From Terriglobia bacterium (GTDB taxonomy: Bacteria > Acidobacteriota > Terriglobia > JAJPHL01), in NCBI GenBank assembly GCA_021325275.1, contig JAJPHL010000033.1, positions 63,291 to 127,290 of the forward strand: a stretch of 64,000 nucleotides of DNA, in the 5' to 3' direction. A program made the translations under genes and the position numbers. This document shows positions 15,887 to 24,728 of this stretch, in pieces; the stretch's first letter is position 1, and every line of letters begins with the position of its first letter. Below the pieces are notes generated by a model, which searched no databases, was not told the origin of the DNA, and saw nothing but the letters and a program-made list of their open reading frames with translations.

Positions 15887-17326
15887 TTATTTGCTTTCGG
15901 TTGCGGTTGGTTCGGGCTGTACTTGCGCGTCGAATGGGACGGTTAGGACCTGGCCCTGATACCGCACCTGAACCCAGATCCGATAGGCGCCCGGTTGCGG
16001 GAATCCGTAAGGAAAGGAGACGTCCGGTGCAATCTCATTCACGCCGGCATGCATCATGCTGTGATCCCCGAACGCCATCAGTGACGCCATCGGTACCGTT
16101 CCCGATGGGTGCACGTGCGCGAAGACCGAAAGATCGCGTTTCGCAATCACGGCGTGTCCGGCCATGCCCATGTATAGTTGCGTGCTCGGCACGGGTTTGC
16201 CGCTCGCGTCGAGTAAACGGAAATCGAGCGAGTAAGGACGACGAGCAACAAGCGTGGCCGGACGATCCCAGACGAGTTGCAGTCCGTTGGGTAAGGGCGC
16301 GGCGAAAGAATCGTCGGAATCGTTCAGCGTGCCAGTCGCAGTGGCCGCGCCCGCGGGAATCTGCAACTCGCCGGCGGGCGTTTCCGGAAATCCGCTCTGA
16401 TGCACGACGTCCGCGAACACACGATAGTCGCCGGGCGGCGCGGGCGGAAGCGGCGTTTCATAGCGCGCTGGTCCCGTGCGTTTGGGATGCAAATGATAGA
16501 ACGCGTCGAAATCGGGATAGCGCACGAGGAACAAATGCATCAAGTGCCCGTGATCTTCCACAAAGTCGTCGATGCTTCGCCAATGCATGATGCTGGGATC
16601 GCGCAAGCTCACCACGAGTTTGCCGCCTTCGATCGCAGAATCGAGACGCAGCGGCTGGTAAATATGATTCGCAAAGCTCGACGCTTCGGCGCTCCACCAG
16701 GAATTGCCCAACCACACGACCGCAGCGAAGGCCACAAGCGATACGGCCATCGCAATGCGCGCTTTGCTCCGCGATCGAGCGTCGGGCGGCGCGCCGGGCG
16801 TCAACTCGGCTTCGCGCACCGCCGCGCCGACAACGTTCACCGCGCCGATCACCAGAAACATCATGAGTCCGAAGAGCAAAATGCCCATGCCGCGCGGCAT
16901 CCCCAGCACGGCGCGCGACGTGGAGGGCGTGGGCACGCTCATTACGCCTTCGCCGCGCGATCCTTTGGCGATCACGCGAACGTCATAGGATCCGGTGCCC
17001 ATGAACCAGACTTGTCCGGTGAAGTATTGCGGATCGCTCGAGGATTGCTTAAGCACGTCCGGCACCGGCGCGCCGAGTTTCTGCGTGGCGTAAGTGATCG
17101 GCTGAATCTTCAGCGACGGGATTTCGCCCGGTGCGAGTTTTCCACGCAAGTACACTTCGACTTCGGCGATCCCCGGCACGATCGCCGGCGGTCGCACGAC
17201 CACGGTCATGTTGTAGGGACCCGCTTTGCCTTCGAGGTAGACGTCGGGACTTCCCACGTGTGCTGACAGCGGAAGGCAAAAGGCAAAAGTCAAAAGGCGA
17301 AAGGCAAAAGTGCGGAAGGGCTTCAT
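15887..17326 (-). CDS. hypothetical exported His-motif-rich protein (possible metal-binding), distal gene of a two-gene operon
   Basis: Signal peptide MKPFRTFAFRLLTFAFCLPLSAHV. Conserved-looking His clusters (EDHGHLMHLF, YHLHPK, GMAGHAVIA, FAHVHPSG, HSMMHAG). One TM mid-protein. Its start overlaps the upstream gene's stop (ATG/TAA share 1 nt). Start trimmed 8 codons from the supplied ORF. Confidence 0.65.
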   Translation of the reverse strand: MKPFRTFAFRLLTFAFCLPLSAHVGSPDVYLEGKAGPYNMTVVVRPPAIVPGIAEVEVYLRGKLAPGEIPSLKIQPITYATQKLGAPVPDVLKQSSSDPQYFTGQVWFMGTGSYDVRVIAKGSRGEGVMSVPTPSTSRAVLGMPRGMGILLFGLMMFLVIGAVNVVGAAVREAELTPGAPPDARSRSKARIAMAVSLVAFAAVVWLGNSWWSAEASSFANHIYQPLRLDSAIEGGKLVVSLRDPSIMHWRSIDDFVEDHGHLMHLFLVRYPDFDAFYHLHPKRTGPARYETPLPPAPPGDYRVFADVVHQSGFPETPAGELQIPAGAATATGTLNDSDDSFAAPLPNGLQLVWDRPATLVARRPYSLDFRLLDASGKPVPSTQLYMGMAGHAVIAKRDLSVFAHVHPSGTVPMASLMAFGDHSMMHAGVNEIAPDVSFPYGFPQPGAYRIWVQVRYQGQVLTVPFDAQVQPEPTATESK

Positions 17327-18489
17327 TATCGTTGGATGCGCCGCATCCAATCTCCCCAGCCCAGCGAGGCGCGCGCGCAGATGAAACTGATTCCGAGCGC
17401 CGTGGCCATGCCGATCGCGAATTGCGCGGGCGCGTCGGGCGGGAAGAACTCATTGCGCGACATGGTGAAATCCGGCGGCAGGTAGTACGGCACGTATTTC
17501 GTACCGAAGAACCAGTTGCGCGCCGCCGGCGACATCAAGAAGTCGGCGAACGGCCACTGCACTGCGAAGAACACCGCCAGAAACGCCACCGACACCGCCA
17601 GCGCCAGCAACCACTTGTTCATCCGCTCGAAACGCTTCAGCATCACGTCGAGCAAGATGGCCGGCACGATGAACAGCAGCGGAAAGTCGGGCGGCATGAA
17701 GTAATTGATTTGCTGGTAGACCGGCCCGAGCTTCGGCTCCGCGCCGAAAAGCGGCAGGATCACCACCAGCGCGATCATCACCACCGAGTAAATCCCCGCG
17801 ACAATCGTGGCCGACCACTTGTTGCCGCAGGCGCGCGCGATGCCGGTCAACACCAGCAGCGCCGCCGGCGTCAGGACACGATAAAACAGCGACTGATGCA
17901 TCTGCGAGCGGTGATCGTTTTCCATCATCACCGTCATCAGCGCCAGGAACATCATCGCCGCGCCGTAGAGATACATCCACTCGAGCACTTGGCGCTTCGG
18001 GCCGCTGGCGCGATTCATTTCGCCCAGGATCATGATCAGCACGCCGAACTGAATCGTCTGCAATCCCAGCGCCAGCACCATGTGCGGCGGACTCAAAATT
18101 TTCACGTCGAGGCCATAGGCGTTGTGCCACCAATTGTCGAACGGCGCCGAAGTCAGCATCGCCACCGCGCCCCAAATGCACAGGAAAATTCCCAGCGGTG
18201 CGCGGAATCCCCACAACCCCACCGTGGACTCGCGCTGCGCGTCGCGCGGACCAAACGTGCGCAGCAGCGTGACCGCGCCGCCGCCGAATCCCGCGATCAC
18301 TCCGCACAAATAAATCGCCATGTGCGCGGGAGTCCAAAACGTGTCGCGGCCGATCGAGCGATGCCAGGAAATGTCCCACTGCCCGCCGAGCACCGCCGAG
18401 GTGGTGGCGATCAATCCGGCCCACAGATACCAGGGAATTGTCTCCTCGCGTTCGATCGCGAACGCGGGGTTCAAAGTCGTGGCCGCCAT
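17326..18489 (-). CDS. hypothetical polytopic integral membrane protein (about 9-10 TM), proximal gene of the operon
   Basis: 387 aa, many hydrophobic helices, Trp-rich loops (WDISWHRSIGRDTFWTPAHMAIY). Translationally coupled to the downstream His-rich protein. Confidence 0.65.
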   Translation of the reverse strand: MAATTLNPAFAIEREETIPWYLWAGLIATTSAVLGGQWDISWHRSIGRDTFWTPAHMAIYLCGVIAGFGGGAVTLLRTFGPRDAQRESTVGLWGFRAPLGIFLCIWGAVAMLTSAPFDNWWHNAYGLDVKILSPPHMVLALGLQTIQFGVLIMILGEMNRASGPKRQVLEWMYLYGAAMMFLALMTVMMENDHRSQMHQSLFYRVLTPAALLVLTGIARACGNKWSATIVAGIYSVVMIALVVILPLFGAEPKLGPVYQQINYFMPPDFPLLFIVPAILLDVMLKRFERMNKWLLALAVSVAFLAVFFAVQWPFADFLMSPAARNWFFGTKYVPYYLPPDFTMSRNEFFPPDAPAQFAIGMATALGISFICARASLGWGDWMRRIQR

Positions 18490-18589
18490 ACAAAAATTAT
18501 ACGGCTAGGGACGAAGGTGCCCTTGCAGAAACTTGATGAAATCGTGAGATAGGACTTGTGTGCTTGCAGCTCTGCCGCAACTTTACGTG

Positions 18590-18955
18590 GAGTGTTGCGG
18601 CTCCGCCGCTGTTTTGTGCGGCCTTGGGTCCACGCTCTTTTGTGGGGGCTTCATGCGGCTCCGCCGCTGCTTTGTGCGGAAAGGCTCAGCCTTTCCGGCG
18701 AACGTCAACTCCGAATTGGGCAAGGCCGCGCCTTGCCCAATCCATCGGGCGCGATTAAACTACGGGTCGGCCCGAAGATTATCGATGGTCAAGTGTACGT
18801 TTCTGGACGCGTGGCGCGCGCGACGACGAGCCCTTGGTTCCAGATCATGACCAGATCGTGTGGCGGTCGGCGGGCAAGGCGTAGCCTTGCCGAGGTGCGA
18901 GCATCTTCGGAAAGGCAAAGCCTTTCCGCACAAAAGGAGCGGCGGAGCCGCTCGC
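18590..18955. repeat. cluster of REP/MITE-like nested palindromic elements (family copies 2a-2c) filling a 520-bp intergenic region
   Basis: Contains gcggctccgccgctgttttgtgcgg, gcggctccgccgctgctttgtgcggaaaggctcagcctttccgg, the palindromes ttgggcaaggccgcgccttgcccaa and gggcaaggcgtagccttgcc, and cggaaaggcaaagcctttccgcacaaaaggagcggcggagccgc. Same motifs as at 3461-3570 and 60851-61020. Confidence 0.75.
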
Positions 18956-19010
18956 GATGCCCGGGTGTTTGCTAATAGCCTGACAAGCCGCTTCTACGGT
19001 AGCGGAGTCG

Positions 19011-20303
19011 CTACGGTTTCAGATTTTGTTCCAGAAACTTGATGAAGACTTCCCAGTCGGCGGGCAGCGCGCCGTGACCGCCCGCGTGCATGTAGTATCC
19101 AAGGTCGTGGAGAATCGGCATGCCCGCCGCGGGCCATTCGGTTGTTCCCAAGTCTTGTTTTCCGAAAAGTTTGAATACCGGACCCGCCGCGACGGCCGCG
19201 AGAAATTCTCCCTTGGGATCGGACCATCCGTCGGTGGTTCCGGTTTGCAGCAGCAACGGACGCGGCGCGATCAACGCCACGAGTTCGTGCGCGTCGATGG
19301 GAAATTGATCCACATGCTGGCCGAATTTTCCGTAGTTCGCGCAAAACTGATAGGCGTAGCGCGTGGGCGCGGTGAGATGCGCGATCGTTTCGCCGTAATT
19401 GCGGCGGCTCAGCGCCGCGCCGCCTTCGCCCGAACAACTGGCGATCACAGCGGCAAAACGCGTGTCGTGCGCGCCGGTCCACAAGACGGTTTTTCCAAGA
19501 CGGGAGATGCCGAACAGCGCCACGCGATGCGCGTCGATGGATTTGTCGGTCTCGAAATAATCCATGATGCGGCTCGCACCCCACGCCCACGCGGAGATCG
19601 TTCCCCATTCGTCGGGCGCGAACTCGGTTTGTCCCGCTTTCAAATACGGCGCGCGCACGCCGTTGGGAATTCCGCCCAGAAAATCGGGATCGATGTCTCC
19701 GTAGTAGACGGTGGCGAATCCCAGACCGGCGGCGATGATCGGCTCCACCTTCACGTGGCCGAGTCCACCGCCGGCCGGCGCGGTCACGCGCTTCTTCTCT
19801 CGATTCCATTGCTCGCCAGGCTTTACGCCCGGATCTTCCACGGTCGCCGAGTTCGCGGAAAAACTCAAATTCAGCAGCAGCGGAACGGGCTTGGTCGCCG
19901 CGGCCGGAATGTAGATGAGCACGTCGAAGTGCGGGCCGTCCGCTTTTTTCGCGGTCGTATAAATTGTCACTTGGCGGCGGATCGCTTTTCCGTCGAACGC
20001 CGGCGCGGATTTCTCGAACACCTCGAATGACTGCCCGTCAGGACGCCCGGGCGTCCGGCCGAATTGGTTTTCTTCGTACAGCTTCACAAGTTCGGGGCGG
20101 CGCTTCTCGGTCCACGTCTTCGCGTCCTTTACCGGCTTGCCGTTTTCGAGCTTCAACGCGTCGGGCAGCGTGTACGTGCCGACGTTGGCCTCGCGATAAT
20201 TTGCGGGAATCCCGGCCACAACGTTATCGGGTCCCTCGGGGACTTGCGCGAGTCCAGCGATGGCGAATCCACAGATGGCGAGAACGAGCGTTTTCATGCC
20301 CAC
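19011..20303 (-). CDS. CE15-like glucuronoyl esterase / carbohydrate esterase (secreted)
   Basis: Signal peptide. GISRLGK (GCSRxG-like nucleophile motif of CE15) plus C-terminal His pair HDLGYYMHAGGHG. 430 aa, alpha/beta-hydrolase layout. Confidence 0.6.
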   Translation of the reverse strand: MGMKTLVLAICGFAIAGLAQVPEGPDNVVAGIPANYREANVGTYTLPDALKLENGKPVKDAKTWTEKRRPELVKLYEENQFGRTPGRPDGQSFEVFEKSAPAFDGKAIRRQVTIYTTAKKADGPHFDVLIYIPAAATKPVPLLLNLSFSANSATVEDPGVKPGEQWNREKKRVTAPAGGGLGHVKVEPIIAAGLGFATVYYGDIDPDFLGGIPNGVRAPYLKAGQTEFAPDEWGTISAWAWGASRIMDYFETDKSIDAHRVALFGISRLGKTVLWTGAHDTRFAAVIASCSGEGGAALSRRNYGETIAHLTAPTRYAYQFCANYGKFGQHVDQFPIDAHELVALIAPRPLLLQTGTTDGWSDPKGEFLAAVAAGPVFKLFGKQDLGTTEWPAAGMPILHDLGYYMHAGGHGALPADWEVFIKFLEQNLKP

Positions 20304-20320
20304 AGACTACAGGAAAAAAC

Positions 20321-20447
20321 AGTCCACAGATTACACAGATTGCACAGATTCAGAACCAGAGGAATGGGCGAACCTGAGCGTTGGGTCAATCCTAATCTGT
20401 GCAATCTGTGGATTGTTTCTCCAATCGGTGGAATAGAATCGGTGGAT
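20321..20447. promoter_or_regulatory. divergent promoter region with direct and inverted CACAGATT repeats; candidate operator array
   Basis: cacagattacacagattgcacagattc (3 tandem units, 20324-20350) and its inverted partner aatctgtgcaatctgtggatt (20391-20411), plus tandem aatcggtgga x2 (20422-20447). Sits between the CE15 (-) and GH2 (+) genes. Confidence 0.5.
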
Positions 20448-20448
20448 C

Positions 20449-22212
20449 ATGAGACGCGTCTTTCTTCTGTTGCTCACGGCGACAGCGTTCGCTGCCACGC
20501 CTCGTCCCGAAGTTCCGCAACCGCAATTCTCCCGCGAGCAGTGGGTCTCGCTGAATGGCCCGTGGCAATTCGCCTTTGACGATTCTGCGTCGCTGGCCGA
20601 TCCGCGCGGCGTCACGTTTACGAAGACGATTACGGTGCCCTTTGCTTTTGAAAGCAAACTGAGCGGCATTGGCGACACCTCGCAACATCCGGTGGTGTGG
20701 TATCGCCGCCGCGTGGACATTCCGCGCGACTGGCCGGGCCGCCACTTGCTTTTGCATTTCGGCGCGGTCGATTATCGCGCGTCGGTGTGGATCGACGGAA
20801 AGCTCGCGGGCACGCATCGCGGAGGCAACGTCCCGTTTGTTTTCGACATCACGCCGCTCGTGCACGGGCGCAACGCGACGATCGTGGTGCGCGCCGAAGA
20901 TTCGCCTACGGATCGGTATCAGCCGCGTGGCAAACAATACTGGCAGCCGAAGTCGCGCAGCATTTGGTACACGCGCACCAGCGGCATCTGGCAATCGGTA
21001 TGGATGGAAGCGACGGGCGAGAATTATTTGGAACGCGTGCGGATCACGCCGTCGAACGACGGCACGGTCCGCTTTGAGGCGCTACTGGCGCACGAAGGCA
21101 AGGACCTCGAAGTGTCAGCGGTAATCGCGGGTGCGCCCGAGGCTTCCGCGAAAGTCGCGGAGCGCCGCGCGGTTGTAGACGCGAAGGTCGCCGATCCGAA
21201 GCTGTGGTCGGTGGAATCGCCGAACCTGTACGACGTGGTGTTCGAACTGCGTCGCGGCAAGCAGGTGCTCGACCGCGTGCATTCGTATTTTGGTTTTCGC
21301 ACGATCGCGGTGCAGAACGGCCGCGTCACAATCAACAATCAGCCGGTGTATTTGAAGTGGGTGCTCGATCAAGGCTATTGGCCGGACGGAATTCTGACCG
21401 CGCCCACCGACGAGGCGCTGGTGGCCGACATTCGCGCGTCGCAAGAAATGGGTTTCAACGGCGCGCGCAAACATCAAAAGGTGGAAGATCCGCGATTCCT
21501 CTACTGGGCCGACAAGATGGGCTATCTCATCTCGAGCGAAATGGCCAACGCGCAGCGCTACGACGCCGAGTATGCGGGCGCGTTCACCGAAGAATGGATC
21601 GAGTGTGTCGAGCGCGACTACAACCATCCGTCGATCATCGTGTGGGCGCCGATCAACGAGAGCTGGGGCGTGCCCGCGCTCGTCGAGCCGGTGCAGCAAG
21701 CGCACATCAAGGCTTTGTATGAGTTGACGCATTCGCTCGACAACACGCGTCTCGTAATCGACAACGAAGGCTGGGAGCACACCACGTCCACCGATTTGTT
21801 CGCGTTCCACGACTACGTTCCGCAAGGTAAGGAGCTAGCGGAAAAATACAAGAATCTTGGCGTGCCCGGCTCCGACATTCCCGATATCAGCAAGAAGGCC
21901 CTGATCCCTGGGTATCCGTACAATGGCACGCCGTTTTATCTCTCGGAATTCGGCGGCATCGCATTTATCCCCGACAAGTCGAAAGTGCCGCAGGAGGCGT
22001 GGGGATATTCAGGCGTGGAACCAACCGCCGACGCCGCGCTAAAGCGTCTGCGCGGATTGTACGAGGCGATCACGGGCGTGCGTGTGATCGCCGGAATCTG
22101 TTACACGCAACTCACCGACGTAGAACAAGAAGTCAACGGCCTTCTGACGTTCGATCGTCACGCGAAGTTTGACGCGTCGAAGTTGAAGGAGTTGAACGCG
22201 CTGTTGAAGTAG
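20449..22212 (+). CDS. glycoside hydrolase family 2 (beta-galactosidase/beta-glucuronidase/beta-mannosidase-like), secreted
   Basis: GH2 sugar-binding, Ig-like and TIM-barrel blocks (WVLDQGYWPDG, NHPSIIVWAPINES with acid/base E, ...NEGWE...). Signal peptide MRRVFLLLLTATAFAA. Confidence 0.85.
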   Translation: MRRVFLLLLTATAFAATPRPEVPQPQFSREQWVSLNGPWQFAFDDSASLADPRGVTFTKTITVPFAFESKLSGIGDTSQHPVVWYRRRVDIPRDWPGRHLLLHFGAVDYRASVWIDGKLAGTHRGGNVPFVFDITPLVHGRNATIVVRAEDSPTDRYQPRGKQYWQPKSRSIWYTRTSGIWQSVWMEATGENYLERVRITPSNDGTVRFEALLAHEGKDLEVSAVIAGAPEASAKVAERRAVVDAKVADPKLWSVESPNLYDVVFELRRGKQVLDRVHSYFGFRTIAVQNGRVTINNQPVYLKWVLDQGYWPDGILTAPTDEALVADIRASQEMGFNGARKHQKVEDPRFLYWADKMGYLISSEMANAQRYDAEYAGAFTEEWIECVERDYNHPSIIVWAPINESWGVPALVEPVQQAHIKALYELTHSLDNTRLVIDNEGWEHTTSTDLFAFHDYVPQGKELAEKYKNLGVPGSDIPDISKKALIPGYPYNGTPFYLSEFGGIAFIPDKSKVPQEAWGYSGVEPTADAALKRLRGLYEAITGVRVIAGICYTQLTDVEQEVNGLLTFDRHAKFDASKLKELNALLK

Positions 22213-22220
22213 GGCTGACC

Positions 22221-22841
22221 ATGCCACGGAACCAACGCAGTTCGCAGCTTCCGATCCCGATCGAAACGATCGAGAGGCACATCTATCTCATCCGGGGCCA
22301 GAAGGTCATGCTGGATTCCGACTTGGCAGATCTTTACCAAGTGCCGACCAAGGTGCTCAAGCAAGCCGTCCGGCGGAACCGCGATCGATTCCCAGCCGAC
22401 TTCATGTTGGAACTGACGGATGAAGAGGCCAAATCTCTAAGGTCACAAACTGTGACCTTAGGACGGGGCCGGGGCCGCTACTCGAAGTACGCGCCATTAG
22501 CTTTCACAGAGCACGGTGTGGCCATGCTTTCCTCGGCGCTTCGCAGCAAGCGCGCTGTTCAAATGAACATTCTCGTGATTCGCGCGTTCGTCAGGCTTCG
22601 CGAGGTTCTTGCCACCCACAAAGACTTGGCGAGCAAAATGGATGACCTTGAACGAGAACAGAGAGAACACGGCGTGAAGATCAATGCAGTTTATGAGCTT
22701 GTCAAGCGACTCATCGAATTGGCTTTCGAGCCGACTGACAGCCGGAGAGCGCGCACGAGTGGACTGCGCTGGGCGCCCTGCCGGCCGAACGCCTACCCTG
22801 GGCCTGATTGCCTTTCAACGGCGTTTAGGTTTGACCTCTAA
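22221..22841 (+). CDS. ORF6N (KilA-N-like) domain protein; possible phage/mobile-element remnant or stand-alone regulator
   Basis: IRGQKVMLDSDLADLYQVPTKVLKQAVRRNRDRFPADFMLELTDEE...YAPLAFTEHGVAMLSSALRSKRAVQMNILVIRAFVRLRE is a canonical ORF6N domain. GC is lower than the neighbours. Contains a 25-bp perfect palindrome. Confidence 0.8.
   Translation: MPRNQRSSQLPIPIETIERHIYLIRGQKVMLDSDLADLYQVPTKVLKQAVRRNRDRFPADFMLELTDEEAKSLRSQTVTLGRGRGRYSKYAPLAFTEHGVAMLSSALRSKRAVQMNILVIRAFVRLREVLATHKDLASKMDDLEREQREHGVKINAVYELVKRLIELAFEPTDSRRARTSGLRWAPCRPNAYPGPDCLSTAFRFDL
22437..22461. repeat. 25-bp perfect palindrome ctaaggtcacaaactgtgaccttag inside the ORF6N coding sequence
   Basis: Read directly: 11-bp arms around an aac centre. 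Statistically unexpected inside a CDS. Confidence 0.7.
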
Positions 22842-24250
22842 CTTCTTGGCAGCCACTCAAGCGGCGGATCGGTCTTCGGTTTCACGAACTCCGGCTTCAG
22901 TGGACCCTGCTTCTCCAAGATCAACGCCGAGTGGATTCGCAGTTCTTTCCCACGCTGGCTCACTTGGAAATTCTCGAACTCGAGTGTAAACCCGCGGCCG
23001 GTGATCTTGAGTTTGTCGCCCATGTCTTTGATCGCGGCATCGACCACGTCTTCAGGCAGCATGCACCAGAACGCGTCTTGCTGTTTTTCGTAGACTACCG
23101 GAACGCCCGCGAAGTCGAGCTTCATGTCGTCGAGATCGAGCGCCAGCATCGTGAACGCCGTGTCGTTGGGCGTCAGGGGCACCATCATGCTGGGATTCAG
23201 CGCGCGCAGGCGCAGCTTCGATCGCGCTGCACCAACTTCGATCACCACTTTCTTGGCCTTTTGCGCCAGCATCAGCCCGATACGCCGCGATCCTTCGTCT
23301 TCCCACTTGCGGACCTTGGCCTGTTCCTCGGGCAGCGCCTGTCCCCACTCGCGCAATTCCGGCGACGCGGTGGTCACGCGCTCCAGCAACTCGTCGGGTG
23401 TCGCATCGCTCGACTCGAATTCCTTTTTCCACGCGGGACGCAAGCGATCGAGCACCAGCGCCTCGGCCATTCCCAGCAATTCGAAGCGTTCCTGCTCGCG
23501 CTCACGCGGCAACTCGCGGATTTTCCCAAGTTCAGCGAGTTTTTCCGGGTGCTCCGTCAAGCGATACGCAACGTACTCGGCCAATCCCAGCGTCGACTCC
23601 TCGGCCGACTCGAATTTCGCGACGTCGGCTTCCATGTATTTGCGACGCTCGGCACGCGCGCCCAAAAATTCGCCGACATGCTTCTTGCACTGATCATCGT
23701 CTGGGGCGCGCACCGCGTCGAGCAGGGAATCGGCTTCCATCTGCATCAGCACGCGATTGCGCGTGGCGAAGTCGGGATACTTTCCCCACAGGAGAACGGT
23801 GAGATCCGGCGTTTTCTTCGGCGCCACTTGGTGAATATACGCGAGGAACAACGCGCGCACGCCATAGTCGGCGGCGGCTTCGTCGTTGGACTTGGCGGCC
23901 AACTCGTCGGCGGAGATTTCCGCGATCGTCACGTTGCCGATGCGCCCCACTCCGTCGGAAAAGTGCATTCCGGCGGCCGGAGCGATGAACAAAGGATCGT
24001 TGGGCGACGACGCCGGGTCCATCTTAAACGGTGGCGGCAATTGTTTCGCGCCAAGCACGGCGAGAAACTCGCCGTGCCGATAGACGCCCAGCGGCGTCGA
24101 TGCGGGATCCCAGCCGGGCCACAATTTCCCGGCTGCCTTGGCGGCCGAATCGCGGACCGCTTGCGCGCGCGAAAGAACGTCGGTGGGAACGTAAGGCGCT
24201 TGAGCTTGCGCGGCGATGGCCGCGCTCAGCAGCGCCAGGATGAGCCTCAT
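22838..24250 (-). CDS. hypothetical exported protein (470 aa)
   Basis: Signal peptide MRLILALLSAAIAAQAQA, long uninterrupted ORF with GC-rich codon usage. No family recognised. Confidence 0.6.
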   Translation of the reverse strand: MRLILALLSAAIAAQAQAPYVPTDVLSRAQAVRDSAAKAAGKLWPGWDPASTPLGVYRHGEFLAVLGAKQLPPPFKMDPASSPNDPLFIAPAAGMHFSDGVGRIGNVTIAEISADELAAKSNDEAAADYGVRALFLAYIHQVAPKKTPDLTVLLWGKYPDFATRNRVLMQMEADSLLDAVRAPDDDQCKKHVGEFLGARAERRKYMEADVAKFESAEESTLGLAEYVAYRLTEHPEKLAELGKIRELPREREQERFELLGMAEALVLDRLRPAWKKEFESSDATPDELLERVTTASPELREWGQALPEEQAKVRKWEDEGSRRIGLMLAQKAKKVVIEVGAARSKLRLRALNPSMMVPLTPNDTAFTMLALDLDDMKLDFAGVPVVYEKQQDAFWCMLPEDVVDAAIKDMGDKLKITGRGFTLEFENFQVSQRGKELRIHSALILEKQGPLKPEFVKPKTDPPLEWLPRS

Positions 24251-24266
24251 TCCTCTAGTTTAGCAT

Positions 24267-24656
24267 TCACTCTCCGGCGCGCTGCTGGTAGATCCCCGCG
24301 AACGCCGAGCGCACGCGATGATACACGAGGAACCAAAGAATCACCACGACCACGGCCAAGGGTAATCCCGCCGGCGCCATGAATACGTGGACGAAGAAAA
24401 TGTTCACGATCACGGGGCCGAGCAACGTGAGCGCCAGCGGCACATAACGATTGATCAACAACAAGACAGCAGCGCCGGCCTGGAGCGCGAAGATTACCAC
24501 CCAGTAGCCCGACGAGAAAATGGCTCCGAAGAATTGTCCGGCCACGGCCGGTATCGGTTGCGCCGGAATGAAGTGCAGGAAGCCGTTGAGGCCAAAGACC
24601 AAAAAGACCAACCCCAGCAGGTACCGCGCGATTGTGGAAGCAGTTTTCATACCCAA
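24267..24656 (-). CDS. DoxX family membrane protein
   Basis: 129 aa, 4 TM, with the DoxX-typical ARYLLGLVFLVFGLNGFLHF opening. Confidence 0.75.
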   Translation of the reverse strand: MGMKTASTIARYLLGLVFLVFGLNGFLHFIPAQPIPAVAGQFFGAIFSSGYWVVIFALQAGAAVLLLINRYVPLALTLLGPVIVNIFFVHVFMAPAGLPLAVVVVILWFLVYHRVRSAFAGIYQQRAGE

Positions 24657-24728
24657 ATCCTCCTTGACATCAATTATATTGACATCAATGCTTCTGATGC
24701 CCTAACCTGGAAGAAGGATTCAGATTTT

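Noticed and set aside
17450-18493. 347-aa alternative-frame ORF overlapping the polytopic membrane-protein gene
   Set aside because: Arg/Gly/Asp-rich nonsense composition. The chosen frame gives coherent TM helices and overlaps the downstream gene in a coupled arrangement.
18556-18975. Several 60–140-aa ORFs inside the 18.5–19.0 kb intergenic region
   Set aside because: The region is built of palindromic repeats. The ORFs are artefacts of repeat symmetry, with Cys/Arg-rich translations and no RBS.
20324-20350. Possible CRISPR array (tandem CACAGATT units; also the CGCAGAT repeats at 62464-62540)
   Set aside because: Units are 7–10 bp with no spacers, and each block is partnered by an inverted copy, so they behave as operator or hairpin repeats rather than CRISPR arrays. 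No cas genes are in the window.
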